Below, in pieces: positions 40,746 to 50,048 of a stretch of 64,000 nt of DNA (position 1 is the stretch's first letter; the number at the start of each line of letters is the position of its first letter). Made by a program: the position numbers and the translations under genes. The notes beneath the pieces are model-generated. The model was not told where the DNA came from. It saw only the letters and a program-made list of their open reading frames with translations, and searched no databases. The stretch comes from Acetivibrionales bacterium. Its GTDB lineage: Bacteria; Bacillota; Clostridia; Acetivibrionales; DTU013. The stretch covers positions 814,589-878,588 of the forward strand of contig JBMNKL010000001.1 of the NCBI GenBank assembly GCA_050952225.1, in the 5' to 3' direction.

Positions 40746-41024
40746 AGCGGATAGGGCGGCTTGCAATTTGACATTTTGTGGAGGAGTGCCTGCAGGGTGT
40801 TATGTCCTGGTGAAACTTGAACGCGGAACCCTTAAAGAATACCCGTAATACTTCGGCATGGATGCCGAAGTCGCTTGTCCTGAGCTACGGATGGCGAATG
40901 TCAAGCGCCCGTGTCGAAGTGATACGGGACATTACAGCCTGCCCATGTCGGAAACTAATGGCAAATTGCAAGCCGCCCTATCCGTTGAATTATAGCGCGC
41001 CTGCGCCGTCCGTGGCGCAGGCTG
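40746..41024. repeat. Structured intergenic repeat, copy B (MITE-like, long imperfect palindrome)
   Basis: Perfect 23-bp inverted repeats cggatagggcggcttgcaatttg (40748-40770) and caaattgcaagccgccctatccg (40962-40984) bracket 191 bp. The interior has further long-range complementarity (tgttatgtcc/ggacattaca; cccgtaatacttcggc/gtcgaagtgatacggg) and a local hairpin acttcggca-tgga-tgccgaagt. It is homologous to copy A. Confidence 0.85.
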
Positions 41025-41099
41025 TGGCTCCTGACAGGTCTTTTCATCCGATGCCTTGACCCGCATCCGCCACAAGCCGACTTATCCGCTTATCTTGTC

Positions 41100-43217
41100 T
41101 TAGTAAATGGTACGGCCCTTTTCATCGGGGATGCCGCTTTTCCTGTAAAAGTAAGTATTTATTACATCGCGCCACTCACATGCATGCGCTGCCTGTTTAT
41201 TGAGCCGCTCCAGTACGCGCTCGTAACACCCGTCGGGTATACGGTTTTTCAAGCTTTTCCATTTCTCCACCAACTCTGCTGCCCTTTCAGCGCCTTCAAA
41301 ATGGGAGTCATAAATGTACTGTATCAGCGTAACACCGGATTTTAGACGGTAATTATAAGGGATGCGGTGGAAAAACAACAGGAGTTCTTCCGGACAGGTT
41401 TCAGGCGTTTCATACATTTTTGCGATCTGCGGGTGATACCTGCCGGCGAAGCCGGTACCGCTGGAAACCGACCGGTCTATGCCGATAGCATGACAATCAG
41501 CCCTGTGATAGGTACCCCAGGAGGAATATTCGTATCCGTCCACATTAGGCCCGTAATGGCTTCCGGGATTGACCATCCATCCGATGCCAAGCGGCGATGT
41601 ATAACTCTCATATATATGGTATGAATCCAGCAGCATGGTGCGGATTGTATCCATTACATGACTGTCGGAACCGAAGGTCTGCATGATCCATTCAGTGGCT
41701 ATATCGGACGCGCTGAGGTCCGGGTTCCAGGCAAGCCTTCCGAAACAATAGAAATTTGCCTGTGCCAGGTCGTGCCCTGTCCAGTTAAGGTTGCTCCCGA
41801 CATTGGAAACACATGCGATTCCTGAGATTCTTCCGATGTTTTTGGCATCTCTGAGAATTTTCTTTACCGTTGATCCCTCGCCGTCTTTCCATGTGTCAAA
41901 TTCCAGCACGTCCTTCCACATTTGACACAGGTAGCATAGATGTATCTGTTGGCCGGTGTATTCCTGGGTTGACTGCAGTTCAAGCATAATGTTGGTTTTC
42001 CGCAAACCGCCGATGAGAGGAGACACGGGTTCCCTTACCTGGAAGTCCATGGGGCCGTTTTTGATCTGGAGAATGACATTATCCTCGAAGAGGCCGTCCA
42101 GCGGCATAAAATTATCATAGGCGGCATTAGCCCTGTCAATGCTTCGGTCTCTCCAATCCTGTCTGCAGTTGTAGACAAAGCAGCGCCAAATCACCAATCC
42201 GCCATGCGGCTTCAGGACGGATGCCAGCATGTTGGCTCCCTCGGCATGATTTCTGCCGTAAGTAAGCGGGCCGGGGCGAAATTCGGAATCAGCCTTTACA
42301 AGAAACCCTCCGAAGTCGGGAATATACGAGTATATCTCGGTTGCTTTGGCACGCCACCACTCCTGTACCTCTTTATCGGAAGGATCTGCTGTTTCCAGCC
42401 CTCCCAATTCGATAGGGCTTGAAAAATTTATGCTAAGATACGTTTTAATTCCGTAACAGCGGAATAAATCCGCAATTCTTGCGATTTTAGGCAAGTACTC
42501 CTTTGAAATAATCCTTGTTTCCAGAGCAGTGAAATTGACATTATTAATCACAACACCGTTTAAACCGATTGATGCGGTAAGCCTGGCATAATCACGCAGC
42601 CTTGATAAGTCGGTAACAACCCTGCCGTTGCTGAAAAAAATCGACCTGCCCGCATATCCTCTTTCCACACTGCCGTCCAAATTGTCCCAGTGATTGAGCA
42701 TACGAATCGGCATGGCAGGGTTTTCAATCACACGAATATTGTCTGTAAACCCGCCGCACTGCAATATCCGGGCAAGTCCGAACACACCATAAAGTATGCC
42801 TGTGCCGGATTTTCCCGCAATTACAAGATTCCGGCCGGCGCCGTTATTAACAAATTTTATCAGGTAGCCTTCATTCCCCAGCATATTTTTCTCTTCGTCA
42901 GATACCGCGTCCGAGAGAAACCGGCCAATAGACGGCTGCTTGTAATGCAATCCATTCCTGTGGGGATTGTCGGCAATTAAGTAAAGTATGACAACGCCTT
43001 TCGACATAGGGTTCGTGACCTGGCGCATTCTCTTGCCAAACAAGGACTTTACGGCGCTCTTAAGCTCCTGTTTTGCCGTTGAAAGCTGTTGATCCGACGG
43101 ATCATTTATGAAAACATTCTGGAAATAGGGCAAGTAACACTTAGCCTTTTCCTGGTCAATAGCAGGATATCCAAGCCATGCAAAGTAGCCGCTGTCGTAT
43201 AAACCTGAGTTTCTCAT
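41100..43217 (-). CDS. aguA: Alpha-glucuronidase, glycoside hydrolase family 67
   Basis: 705 aa with [21 protein letters not shown] and overall GH67 architecture. ATG 43217 follows GAGGAG. The track start is a GTG inside the RBS. Confidence 0.88.
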   Translation of the reverse strand: MRNSGLYDSGYFAWLGYPAIDQEKAKCYLPYFQNVFINDPSDQQLSTAKQELKSAVKSLFGKRMRQVTNPMSKGVVILYLIADNPHRNGLHYKQPSIGRFLSDAVSDEEKNMLGNEGYLIKFVNNGAGRNLVIAGKSGTGILYGVFGLARILQCGGFTDNIRVIENPAMPIRMLNHWDNLDGSVERGYAGRSIFFSNGRVVTDLSRLRDYARLTASIGLNGVVINNVNFTALETRIISKEYLPKIARIADLFRCYGIKTYLSINFSSPIELGGLETADPSDKEVQEWWRAKATEIYSYIPDFGGFLVKADSEFRPGPLTYGRNHAEGANMLASVLKPHGGLVIWRCFVYNCRQDWRDRSIDRANAAYDNFMPLDGLFEDNVILQIKNGPMDFQVREPVSPLIGGLRKTNIMLELQSTQEYTGQQIHLCYLCQMWKDVLEFDTWKDGEGSTVKKILRDAKNIGRISGIACVSNVGSNLNWTGHDLAQANFYCFGRLAWNPDLSASDIATEWIMQTFGSDSHVMDTIRTMLLDSYHIYESYTSPLGIGWMVNPGSHYGPNVDGYEYSSWGTYHRADCHAIGIDRSVSSGTGFAGRYHPQIAKMYETPETCPEELLLFFHRIPYNYRLKSGVTLIQYIYDSHFEGAERAAELVEKWKSLKNRIPDGCYERVLERLNKQAAHACEWRDVINTYFYRKSGIPDEKGRTIY

Positions 43218-43363
43218 TAAGCTCCTCACTTGCTCTTAGTATTAAGTTATTAAATCTCTTAACTCATTTCCTAATTATACTTATTATCAGGCCTTGTAAC
43301 ATGGAGCAAGAAAGATTTATTTGTAAATATCAAGGCGTATTCGGGTCAAAACCATGGAACATG

Positions 43364-43392
43364 TTGCAGTAAGGGCAAGCAGTATGTATAAT
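43364..43392 (+). promoter_or_regulatory. Sigma-A promoter for proB
   Basis: TTGCAG - 17 nt - TATAAT. Confidence 0.65.
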
Positions 43393-43446
43393 AGTTAATA
43401 TGCCATCTCAATGAAAAGAGCTTATATTTACATAAGGGAGATCAAA

Positions 43447-44268
43447 ATGGGTAGTGAGAGAAACATATTGAAGCACGCTGCGAGAATAGTGGTAAAAGTC
43501 GGTACGTCTATCCTTACTTACGAGAACGGGAATGCCAATTTTACAAGGATAGATAAGCTTGCCCGCGTGTTATCGGACCTGTCAAACCAGGGAAAAGAAG
43601 TAATACTGGTTACTTCGGGCGCTATCGGGATAGGGACAAGCAAACTGAAACTTAAATCAAAGCCGGCCACTGTCAGGGAAAAGCAGGCCGTGGCGGCTGT
43701 AGGACAGTGCGAGCTTATGCACATATACAGCAAATTCTTTTCCGAATATGGTCATACCGTAGGCCAGATACTGCTGACGCGGGATGTGGTTGAGGAAGAC
43801 CATACAAGGCAGAACGTTATCAATACCTTCGAGACATTACTGGAAAAAGAGATAATACCCATAGTTAACGAAAATGACTCGGTTTCGATCGATGAAATTG
43901 AGTACGGGGAAAAAAGGATATTTGGCGACAACGATACTCTTTCAGCAATTGTTGCCGTGCTTGTCGGAGCCGATTTGCTGATTATTCTCTCGGATATTGA
44001 CGGGTTTTATGATGTAGATCCTAAAAGGGATAATTGTTCACATAAAATTTCCGTTGTGCGGCAAATTACTCCTGAGTTGGAAGCATGCGCCGGGGGTGCC
44101 GGTTCCGAACAGGGAACAGGCGGCATGGTTACAAAATTGGCAGCCGCCAAGTATGCCTGCGGGAACGGTATCAGCGTGGTACTCGCCAGCGGCTTCGAGC
44201 CGGGAGTTATCATGGATATCATTGATGGCAGGGAAATAGGAACGCTGTTCATGGCACAAGTAAAATAA
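43447..44268 (+). CDS. proB: Glutamate 5-kinase (short form, no PUA domain)
   Basis: MGSERNILKHAARIVVKVGTSILT...LVTSGAIGIG...FGDNDTLSA. 273 aa. RBS AAGGGAG 6 nt upstream. Confidence 0.92.
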   Translation: MGSERNILKHAARIVVKVGTSILTYENGNANFTRIDKLARVLSDLSNQGKEVILVTSGAIGIGTSKLKLKSKPATVREKQAVAAVGQCELMHIYSKFFSEYGHTVGQILLTRDVVEEDHTRQNVINTFETLLEKEIIPIVNENDSVSIDEIEYGEKRIFGDNDTLSAIVAVLVGADLLIILSDIDGFYDVDPKRDNCSHKISVVRQITPELEACAGGAGSEQGTGGMVTKLAAAKYACGNGISVVLASGFEPGVIMDIIDGREIGTLFMAQVK

Positions 44269-44275
44269 GCAAGTC

Positions 44276-46831
44276 TTAATCTTCCGGCGGGTAGATTGTG
44301 CCCGTATCAAGATCTGTATGCGGTGATTGCGGCCAATTATCGTTATTGCCGGGTTCCTCACCGTTCAAGCCAGGCGGCCAGAATGGCAAATCGGTTGTGT
44401 CCTCGGGTTCAAGCGTTTCCAAGGGTTCTCCATGAACTGTGCAGTATTCTCCCGCGGGTAATTCGTACGCAATATCTTTCGGCGCTTTTTCATTCGGCTT
44501 AACCGGAACGTAAGGCTCCGTACGCTGGATGAATACCTTGCTTTCCACTGTGTCCGGCGGGCAATAAGGGCCTGCCAGCAAGTTGCGGTTCAATGTGTCC
44601 TGGCTTTCTGTGCATACCTGCGCCTCCACGTGAACGGTACAGAGATCGTCACTCCTGGGTTCGGTTCCTTTTATAAAATATTCGGTTTTGACAGCGCTTC
44701 CCCTTGGGTCGCGCTGACAAAGGGGCGTAGCTATTTTGCCCGAGTAAATACATATGTTTTTCTGAACGATTCCTGCCGGCTTTTCAAAATCCTTCACAGG
44801 AAGCCCCTCATGCACCTTTTTCATTACTGCCGCCCATATTTTCTGTGCCTGGTTATATTCTTCCCTTTTTAATGCAATCGGCACGCTTCCGGTATTGTCA
44901 TAACCATACCATGTCGCCGCGGCATAATACGGGGTGAAACCGACGAACCACTTGTCGATATTTTTGTCCGTAGTACCGGTTTTCCCGGCGACAGGCATAC
45001 CTATTATTTTTTCAGTTATATTTCCCGCAGCCGTGCCACTGTGGGGGTAAGGAGAGGTTCTGCCTTTTGTGACTTCCTTCAACATGTCGGTCATTATAAA
45101 AGCGGTCTGCTCGCTGTACGCAATGTCGAATTCAGCAGCTCTCCTGTCTAACAGTACTTTTCCTTCGCTGTCTTTTACAAGAGTAAACGTAGTGGGTTCA
45201 TAATATAAACCCTTGTGGGCAAATGGAACGTATGCGGATGCCATTTGGAGAGGGTTCACGCCTTCGGCGAGTCCGCCCATTACCAGCGAGAGATATTTTT
45301 CATTTTCCCTGTCTATACCGACTTTTTTTAGATATTCTATGGAATTGTCCGGACCAAGTATATCCTTCCATATTCTTGCCGCAACGACGTTTACCGAGTT
45401 TTTAAGGGCGTTTCTGACGGATGTAAGGCCATCATGAGCATTGTTGTAATTGCTTGGATAGGGTTTTTCCGAGTCCTTGCCCGTCATCATGTAGACAGGG
45501 ACGTCATCGATGACCGTAGCCGGTGTAATCAGCCTTAAATCAATAGCCGGTGCATATACCGCGATCGGTTTTATGCTTGAGCCCGGCTGCCTTTTCATAA
45601 GAGAAGACGAAGCCCTGTTCAGGGTATTGCTGGCTTCTTTCTTTCCATAGCCGCCATACAGCGCCCTGACGTGGCCGTTCTGGACATCGATAATAGCCAT
45701 GGCGGCCTGAGGGTGCTCCATCTGTCGCTTGGCTGTGTCATTTACAAGCGGAAAATACTCGTCATCCATGAATATGGAATCCATATCGGCCTGGATTTTC
45801 GGATCCAGGGTAGAGTAAATTTCAAGCCCGCCGCCATATATCATATAATTGGCAACCGTAGCGGAAATATTTCTTTCCTTCATTAATGCATTTCTGACAT
45901 CGATAATCAACTGGTCAACAAAATAACTCTGGACGCTGGTGACTTTTTGGGATTGCGATTTGGGGACATATTTCAGGTCCTCCTTAATAGCCTGGTCATA
46001 CTGGGATTTGGTGATTTTTCCGAGTTCCAGCATTTTACCCAGTATCACTTCCTGGCGTTTCTTGGCGTTCTGCCGGCCCGTTTCCGTAAAGGGATCGTAC
46101 TTGCCGGGACTGTTGGTTATTCCTGCAAGAAGCGCACACTGGGCCAGGCTCAACTCGTTCACCGGCTTGCCGAAATACTTCTTGGAAGCGGATTGCACGC
46201 CTATACAGCTATTACCCCAATAGCCCAGGTTCACATACAGCTCCAGGATCTGCCATTTCTCATACTTCTTTTCCAGCTCAATGGCCGCATACCATTCCTG
46301 GACCTTGCGCTGCAGGGAGCGCCTTGTATTACCCGTAATGTTTTTAATAACCTGCTGTGTTATTGTGCTGCCTCCGCGGGTCTGGAATCCGCTGTCCGAA
46401 ATAATGCTTTTCATAAATCCGAAACCGGCCTGGAAAATCCCCTGGATGTCGATGCCCGGATGTGATTCAAACCGTTCATCTTCTATCGAAATAATGGCGT
46501 CCTTGAGATATTTGGGCACGTCCTTGTCGGCAACCCATTCGCTGTCCATATTGTCCTTGCCGGTGAGTTTTTGTATGATATTGCCCTTCGAGTCATATAT
46601 GATTGTAGTTTTGTTGGAAGTTTTCAACATAAGCTGTTCGTCAGTAATCGGTTCGGCTGTTTTTATATATGCGTATATAGCGCCTCCCACGATGCCGCCG
46701 ACAGCGAAAACTAATGCCATAATAAATACAACCAGGAACTTAGCCAGGGTTAGTATAAACTTGCTTAATGAAAGAGTCTTTTTCGGTTTTTTTAACGCTC
46801 CACCGGGAGCGGACGTCTTACCGGGTTTCAT
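44276..46831 (-). CDS. Class A penicillin-binding protein (PBP1A-type transglycosylase/transpeptidase)
   Basis: N-terminal TM, GT51 motifs EDERFESHPGID and RGGSTITQQ, transpeptidase motifs SSIK (SxxK), SVN and KTGTT. RBS AAGGAGGA. Confidence 0.93.
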   Translation of the reverse strand: MKPGKTSAPGGALKKPKKTLSLSKFILTLAKFLVVFIMALVFAVGGIVGGAIYAYIKTAEPITDEQLMLKTSNKTTIIYDSKGNIIQKLTGKDNMDSEWVADKDVPKYLKDAIISIEDERFESHPGIDIQGIFQAGFGFMKSIISDSGFQTRGGSTITQQVIKNITGNTRRSLQRKVQEWYAAIELEKKYEKWQILELYVNLGYWGNSCIGVQSASKKYFGKPVNELSLAQCALLAGITNSPGKYDPFTETGRQNAKKRQEVILGKMLELGKITKSQYDQAIKEDLKYVPKSQSQKVTSVQSYFVDQLIIDVRNALMKERNISATVANYMIYGGGLEIYSTLDPKIQADMDSIFMDDEYFPLVNDTAKRQMEHPQAAMAIIDVQNGHVRALYGGYGKKEASNTLNRASSSLMKRQPGSSIKPIAVYAPAIDLRLITPATVIDDVPVYMMTGKDSEKPYPSNYNNAHDGLTSVRNALKNSVNVVAARIWKDILGPDNSIEYLKKVGIDRENEKYLSLVMGGLAEGVNPLQMASAYVPFAHKGLYYEPTTFTLVKDSEGKVLLDRRAAEFDIAYSEQTAFIMTDMLKEVTKGRTSPYPHSGTAAGNITEKIIGMPVAGKTGTTDKNIDKWFVGFTPYYAAATWYGYDNTGSVPIALKREEYNQAQKIWAAVMKKVHEGLPVKDFEKPAGIVQKNICIYSGKIATPLCQRDPRGSAVKTEYFIKGTEPRSDDLCTVHVEAQVCTESQDTLNRNLLAGPYCPPDTVESKVFIQRTEPYVPVKPNEKAPKDIAYELPAGEYCTVHGEPLETLEPEDTTDLPFWPPGLNGEEPGNNDNWPQSPHTDLDTGTIYPPED

Positions 46832-47022
46832 TTATGTCCTCCTTGTCCGTTGGCATATATTTCCCGCATGTCGGAAAAAATCCGAACTGCAACAGCTATT
46901 TTTCATAATAAATTTTGACTTATAACCACATGGTTTTGTTCCTTCTTTCCAAATCCGCAAGGATTCACAACACGCAGGATAAACGTCAAGCAGGCATAAG
47001 CGTAATTTTTGCAATGCACTAT

Positions 47023-47051
47023 ATTATAGCATAATTATATTGCATCTGCAA
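47023..47051 (-). promoter_or_regulatory. Sigma-A promoter for the PBP gene
   Basis: On the minus strand: TTGCAG - 17 nt - TATAAT. Confidence 0.65.
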
Positions 47052-47087
47052 AAGCCCGGATATTTATTTTCACGGCGTATTGTAACC

Positions 47088-47123
47088 AAAAAAAACCCCG
47101 GTGCATATTATATTGCACGGGGG
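47088..47123 (-). terminator. Rho-independent terminator of the M23-bactofilin transcript
   Basis: On the minus strand: cccccgtgca-atataata-tgcaccgggg (one mismatch) followed by T8. It lies about 180 nt downstream of the bactofilin stop. Confidence 0.8.
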
Positions 47124-47130
47124 TGTTCCG

Positions 47131-47289
47131 ATGTTCAAAAGCAGCCTGTTATATCGGCGGTGGTGGTACATAAAAAAACGGAATATTAAAAGAATCCGCA
47201 TGTTGCTCCGCCTGTCCATGGCTGCTTGCCTGACATACCTTGCTGTAGTATTAATGAATCTTGATATCATGAAGCTGCTTGGATTTTAA
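47131..47289 (+). CDS. Candidate small basic/hydrophobic protein (52 aa), antisense to the bactofilin 3' UTR
   Basis: ATG 5 nt after GGGGGTG. MFKSSLLYRRWWYIKKRNIKRIRMLLRLSMAACLTYLAVVLMNLDIMKLLGF. The SD lies in the 3' arm of the 47096-47123 hairpin. No homology recognised. Confidence 0.25.
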   Translation: MFKSSLLYRRWWYIKKRNIKRIRMLLRLSMAACLTYLAVVLMNLDIMKLLGF

Positions 47290-47304
47290 GCGCAGGCAGG
47301 TCTA

Positions 47305-47751
47305 CTACTTGGCGCTTTCCTCGTATATATCTTCCAGTACGCTGCTTTTCTTATAATTCCTTTTTTTCTTTCCAAGGTTTTTTTCATCAGCGGGTTCTGC
47401 GGGAGAAATATCCATCATTTCGCATTTGCCCTGGAAAATGGCGCCTTCGTCTGCTACGAAACGGTTAACCTTGATATCTCCGTATAGCTTTGCAGATGAC
47501 AGTATTCTCAGAATACCCCTGGCCATTATGTTTCCTTCGATAGTACCGGCAAGGTTTATGTTTGACCCCTCGATGTTACCTTTAACCATGGCCTGTTCCC
47601 CGATATAAATATCTCCTGTGACATTAATGTCGCCATTTACCTTGCCATCTACTCTTATAGAACCATCTGTTTCTATGCTGCCATTAAATACTGAATTTGT
47701 TCCGACCAGTGAATCCAGGCCATCCCGGTATGCCGTACTTTTTTTAAACAA
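47305..47751 (-). CDS. Bactofilin (polymer-forming cytoskeletal protein, CcmA-like)
   Basis: 148 aa. Repetitive beta-helix sequence GSIETDGSIRVDGKVNGDINVTGDIYIGEQAMVKGNIEGSNINLAGTIEGNI. TTG start after AAGGAGAGG. Confidence 0.85.
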   Translation of the reverse strand: MFKKSTAYRDGLDSLVGTNSVFNGSIETDGSIRVDGKVNGDINVTGDIYIGEQAMVKGNIEGSNINLAGTIEGNIMARGILRILSSAKLYGDIKVNRFVADEGAIFQGKCEMMDISPAEPADEKNLGKKKRNYKKSSVLEDIYEESAK

Positions 47752-47842
47752 AACGTACCTCTCCTTTCGTCCTGGTTTTGTATATCCCGGAGATAAAGAA
47801 ACTTTTCACCCTTAGTCAATTATTACCGCGTTGTAACCTTGT

Positions 47843-48781
47843 CTATCGCAAATCCAGGTATTTCAGCGGATCTACGGGAGTGCCGAATAAACGAATTTCA
47901 AAATGAAGATGAGGTCCCGTGCTGCGGCCGGTAGTTCCCATTGTTGCTATTTTGTCGCCTTTTTTAACTACCTGCCCTACCTTGACATGATACTTGGAGA
48001 GATGCCCGTAAACCGTTGTTATGCCTCTCCCGTGGTCAATTTTAATTGTCCGGCCGTAACCACTCGTGTACTTGGCAAATATTACTTTTCCACTGGCTGA
48101 CGCCCTGATGGTCCTGCCTCCATCGGAACCGATGTCAATGCCTTCGTGGAACCTTGTTTTTCTTGTGATCGGGTCCTTTCTGTATCCGAAACCGGCTGTC
48201 AGCCTGCCTGCAGCGGGCCAGAGAGTGGGGACCGTTTCCATGAACTCTGCTATCTTTGCTTCCGCTGCATCAAGATCGGCCTCTATCGTGCCGGAGCGGC
48301 TGTAAAGACTGCTCAGGCTGTCCAGGCTTTTCTTGAGATTTCGCATGTCATTTGTAAAGGCCGTTTCGGTCCTTTCACCGGAACGGCTTGTCAGTTTGCT
48401 TCTTTCGGCCAGATACTCGTCTGTTATTTTATTGAAGTTTTCCGTAAATTCTTCGATTCTATCATTTACAGTTTCCCTGAATGAAGCGCTTTCTTCCACT
48501 AACCTGTTTATTTCATCGGTTTTCTGCTCTATCAGGTTCCGCTGTTCGGTGTTGGTGCTGTATAGTTCATTAAGATTCTGCTTCAGGGCCTTATTTTCCT
48601 TCAACATTCCGGAAATGTAAAGACCGCCTGATACAAATATGGACAATAAAATAACAGCCGCCACAACCAGCTTGGCATAAAAAGCTCTGAACCTGAATAC
48701 CTTTACACTGCTGGAAGAGTGCGGGACCATTACAATCGACGTATATTTTTTTCCGGTTTTCTTAACCTTTCCTTTTTTCAT
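47843..48781 (-). CDS. M23-family metallopeptidase with N-terminal TM and coiled coil
   Basis: HEGIDIG (HxxxD) and GPHLHFEI (HxH) motifs. Membrane anchor plus a long coiled-coil region. Confidence 0.87.
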   Translation of the reverse strand: MKKGKVKKTGKKYTSIVMVPHSSSSVKVFRFRAFYAKLVVAAVILLSIFVSGGLYISGMLKENKALKQNLNELYSTNTEQRNLIEQKTDEINRLVEESASFRETVNDRIEEFTENFNKITDEYLAERSKLTSRSGERTETAFTNDMRNLKKSLDSLSSLYSRSGTIEADLDAAEAKIAEFMETVPTLWPAAGRLTAGFGYRKDPITRKTRFHEGIDIGSDGGRTIRASASGKVIFAKYTSGYGRTIKIDHGRGITTVYGHLSKYHVKVGQVVKKGDKIATMGTTGRSTGPHLHFEIRLFGTPVDPLKYLDLR

Positions 48782-48926
48782 GACTACCGCCTTGTACAGA
48801 TGATAATGCTTTATTATTAAGCTTTCTCATCTTTTGTACGAATATGGCTAAAAAAAAGGCATTATATTTAATTCTACACATAATTAAAAAAACCTTTTTT
48901 TCAGACATATTATTTCTCTTTATCTA

Positions 48927-48955
48927 TTTATAATTAAAATCCAACATTTTGTCAA
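48927..48955 (-). promoter_or_regulatory. Sigma-A promoter for the M23-bactofilin operon
   Basis: On the minus strand: TTGACA - 17 nt - TATAAA. Confidence 0.55.
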
Positions 48956-49223
48956 ATAATTTTACTCCCGGTTGGAAATAAATGGCCAAATAAAAAATCA
49001 AAAAACCGGCCGGCTCAATATATCAGTTCCGAACGGCTCATGCTATGCTGCTTGTCCGGAAAATGATTATTTTTCTGCCGGCAGCGTGGATTTCAGGGTA
49101 TAGGAAAAGAAATAATCATCACTCGTTTACTTGACACATACCCATAGATACATGCCAGTAGTCTCCATATGACTGGTTTCATTGGCCGGCGGGAAATAGA
49201 GACGGAAAGGCGGGGAGACAGCC

Positions 49224-50024
49224 TTATACCGTCAGGTCCCTCTTTGGGAAGTACACATATGTCAGTACTGCAAAGCATCCGGCAGCGAGGATGGCTATAA
49301 CGGCGAATATTAGTTCAGGCCGGCCCCCTGTTAAAATTTCACCAGGCTTGAAATACTTAAAAGGCGTAAAAAACTTGAGGAATTCAAGGCTATCGTCTAA
49401 ATCGGAAAGAACGTAAAACATGTAAGCTGCAAGCACTATTAACGACGCCCTGCTCTCTGATGCCGAAGGTTTTTTCCCAATGGAAGCAAGCGCCGTCCCC
49501 AGGAAAATAAAAACGAGCTGGACTACCAGCAACCAGAAAGACATGACGCACAAGTTGCCGGCAAGCCCCTTTCCTTTTACTGCGTTGAGCATTATAAGCG
49601 AAACCGCCAGTGAAAAACAATTCAGAATCAAGGCGCAGGTAAACGCAGCCGATATTTTCGACGAAATTATACTTACCCTCGAAACGGGCTTTGTAAAAAG
49701 GAACTCCATGGTTTTGTCCGTTTCTTCCCTGGAAATGATGCGTGCTCCAAGAGTCCCGGCGTGTACCGACGACATGACCAGTATGTAAAGATACAGTACT
49801 GCGTAAAATCCCGCGGCCGTACCCAGGTCTATTCCGTTCATTCCAAGCAGGGCAAGAACAATTCTTGGCATGCTTTTTACAAACACAGCCACTGATTGCC
49901 CGGATTCGGCCATGCCGGCATATTTTCCCATGCCTCCCGCGATTACCGCCGCTATACCCAGACACCAGAAAACAAGGCTTTTCAAATTTGAACGCATTTC
50001 ATGCAGGTAAATATTCATATACAA
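49224..50024 (-). CDS. ABC-2 family transporter permease
   Basis: 266-aa 6-TM ORF and last gene of the TetR-ABC operon. TTG start 8 nt after AAGGAGG. Confidence 0.72.
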   Translation of the reverse strand: MYMNIYLHEMRSNLKSLVFWCLGIAAVIAGGMGKYAGMAESGQSVAVFVKSMPRIVLALLGMNGIDLGTAAGFYAVLYLYILVMSSVHAGTLGARIISREETDKTMEFLFTKPVSRVSIISSKISAAFTCALILNCFSLAVSLIMLNAVKGKGLAGNLCVMSFWLLVVQLVFIFLGTALASIGKKPSASESRASLIVLAAYMFYVLSDLDDSLEFLKFFTPFKYFKPGEILTGGRPELIFAVIAILAAGCFAVLTYVYFPKRDLTV

Positions 50025-50048
50025 GGGAACAACCTCCTTACCGGGCTG

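Noticed and set aside
40880-40900. tRNA-like fragment (tagctcagg, reverse orientation) inside the repeat core. I also made a general search for tRNA or rRNA genes in the intergenic regions.
   Set aside because: There is no acceptor stem, anticodon arm or GTTCGAATC-type T-loop, so no cloverleaf can be drawn. The window contains no rRNA-like sequence.
43230-43446. Looked for T-box or proline-responsive leaders at proB and proA, and at ilvD.
   Set aside because: The leaders are short (about 40-50 nt for proA and proB). None contains specifier-loop or T-box (GGTGGTACCGCG-like) sequences.
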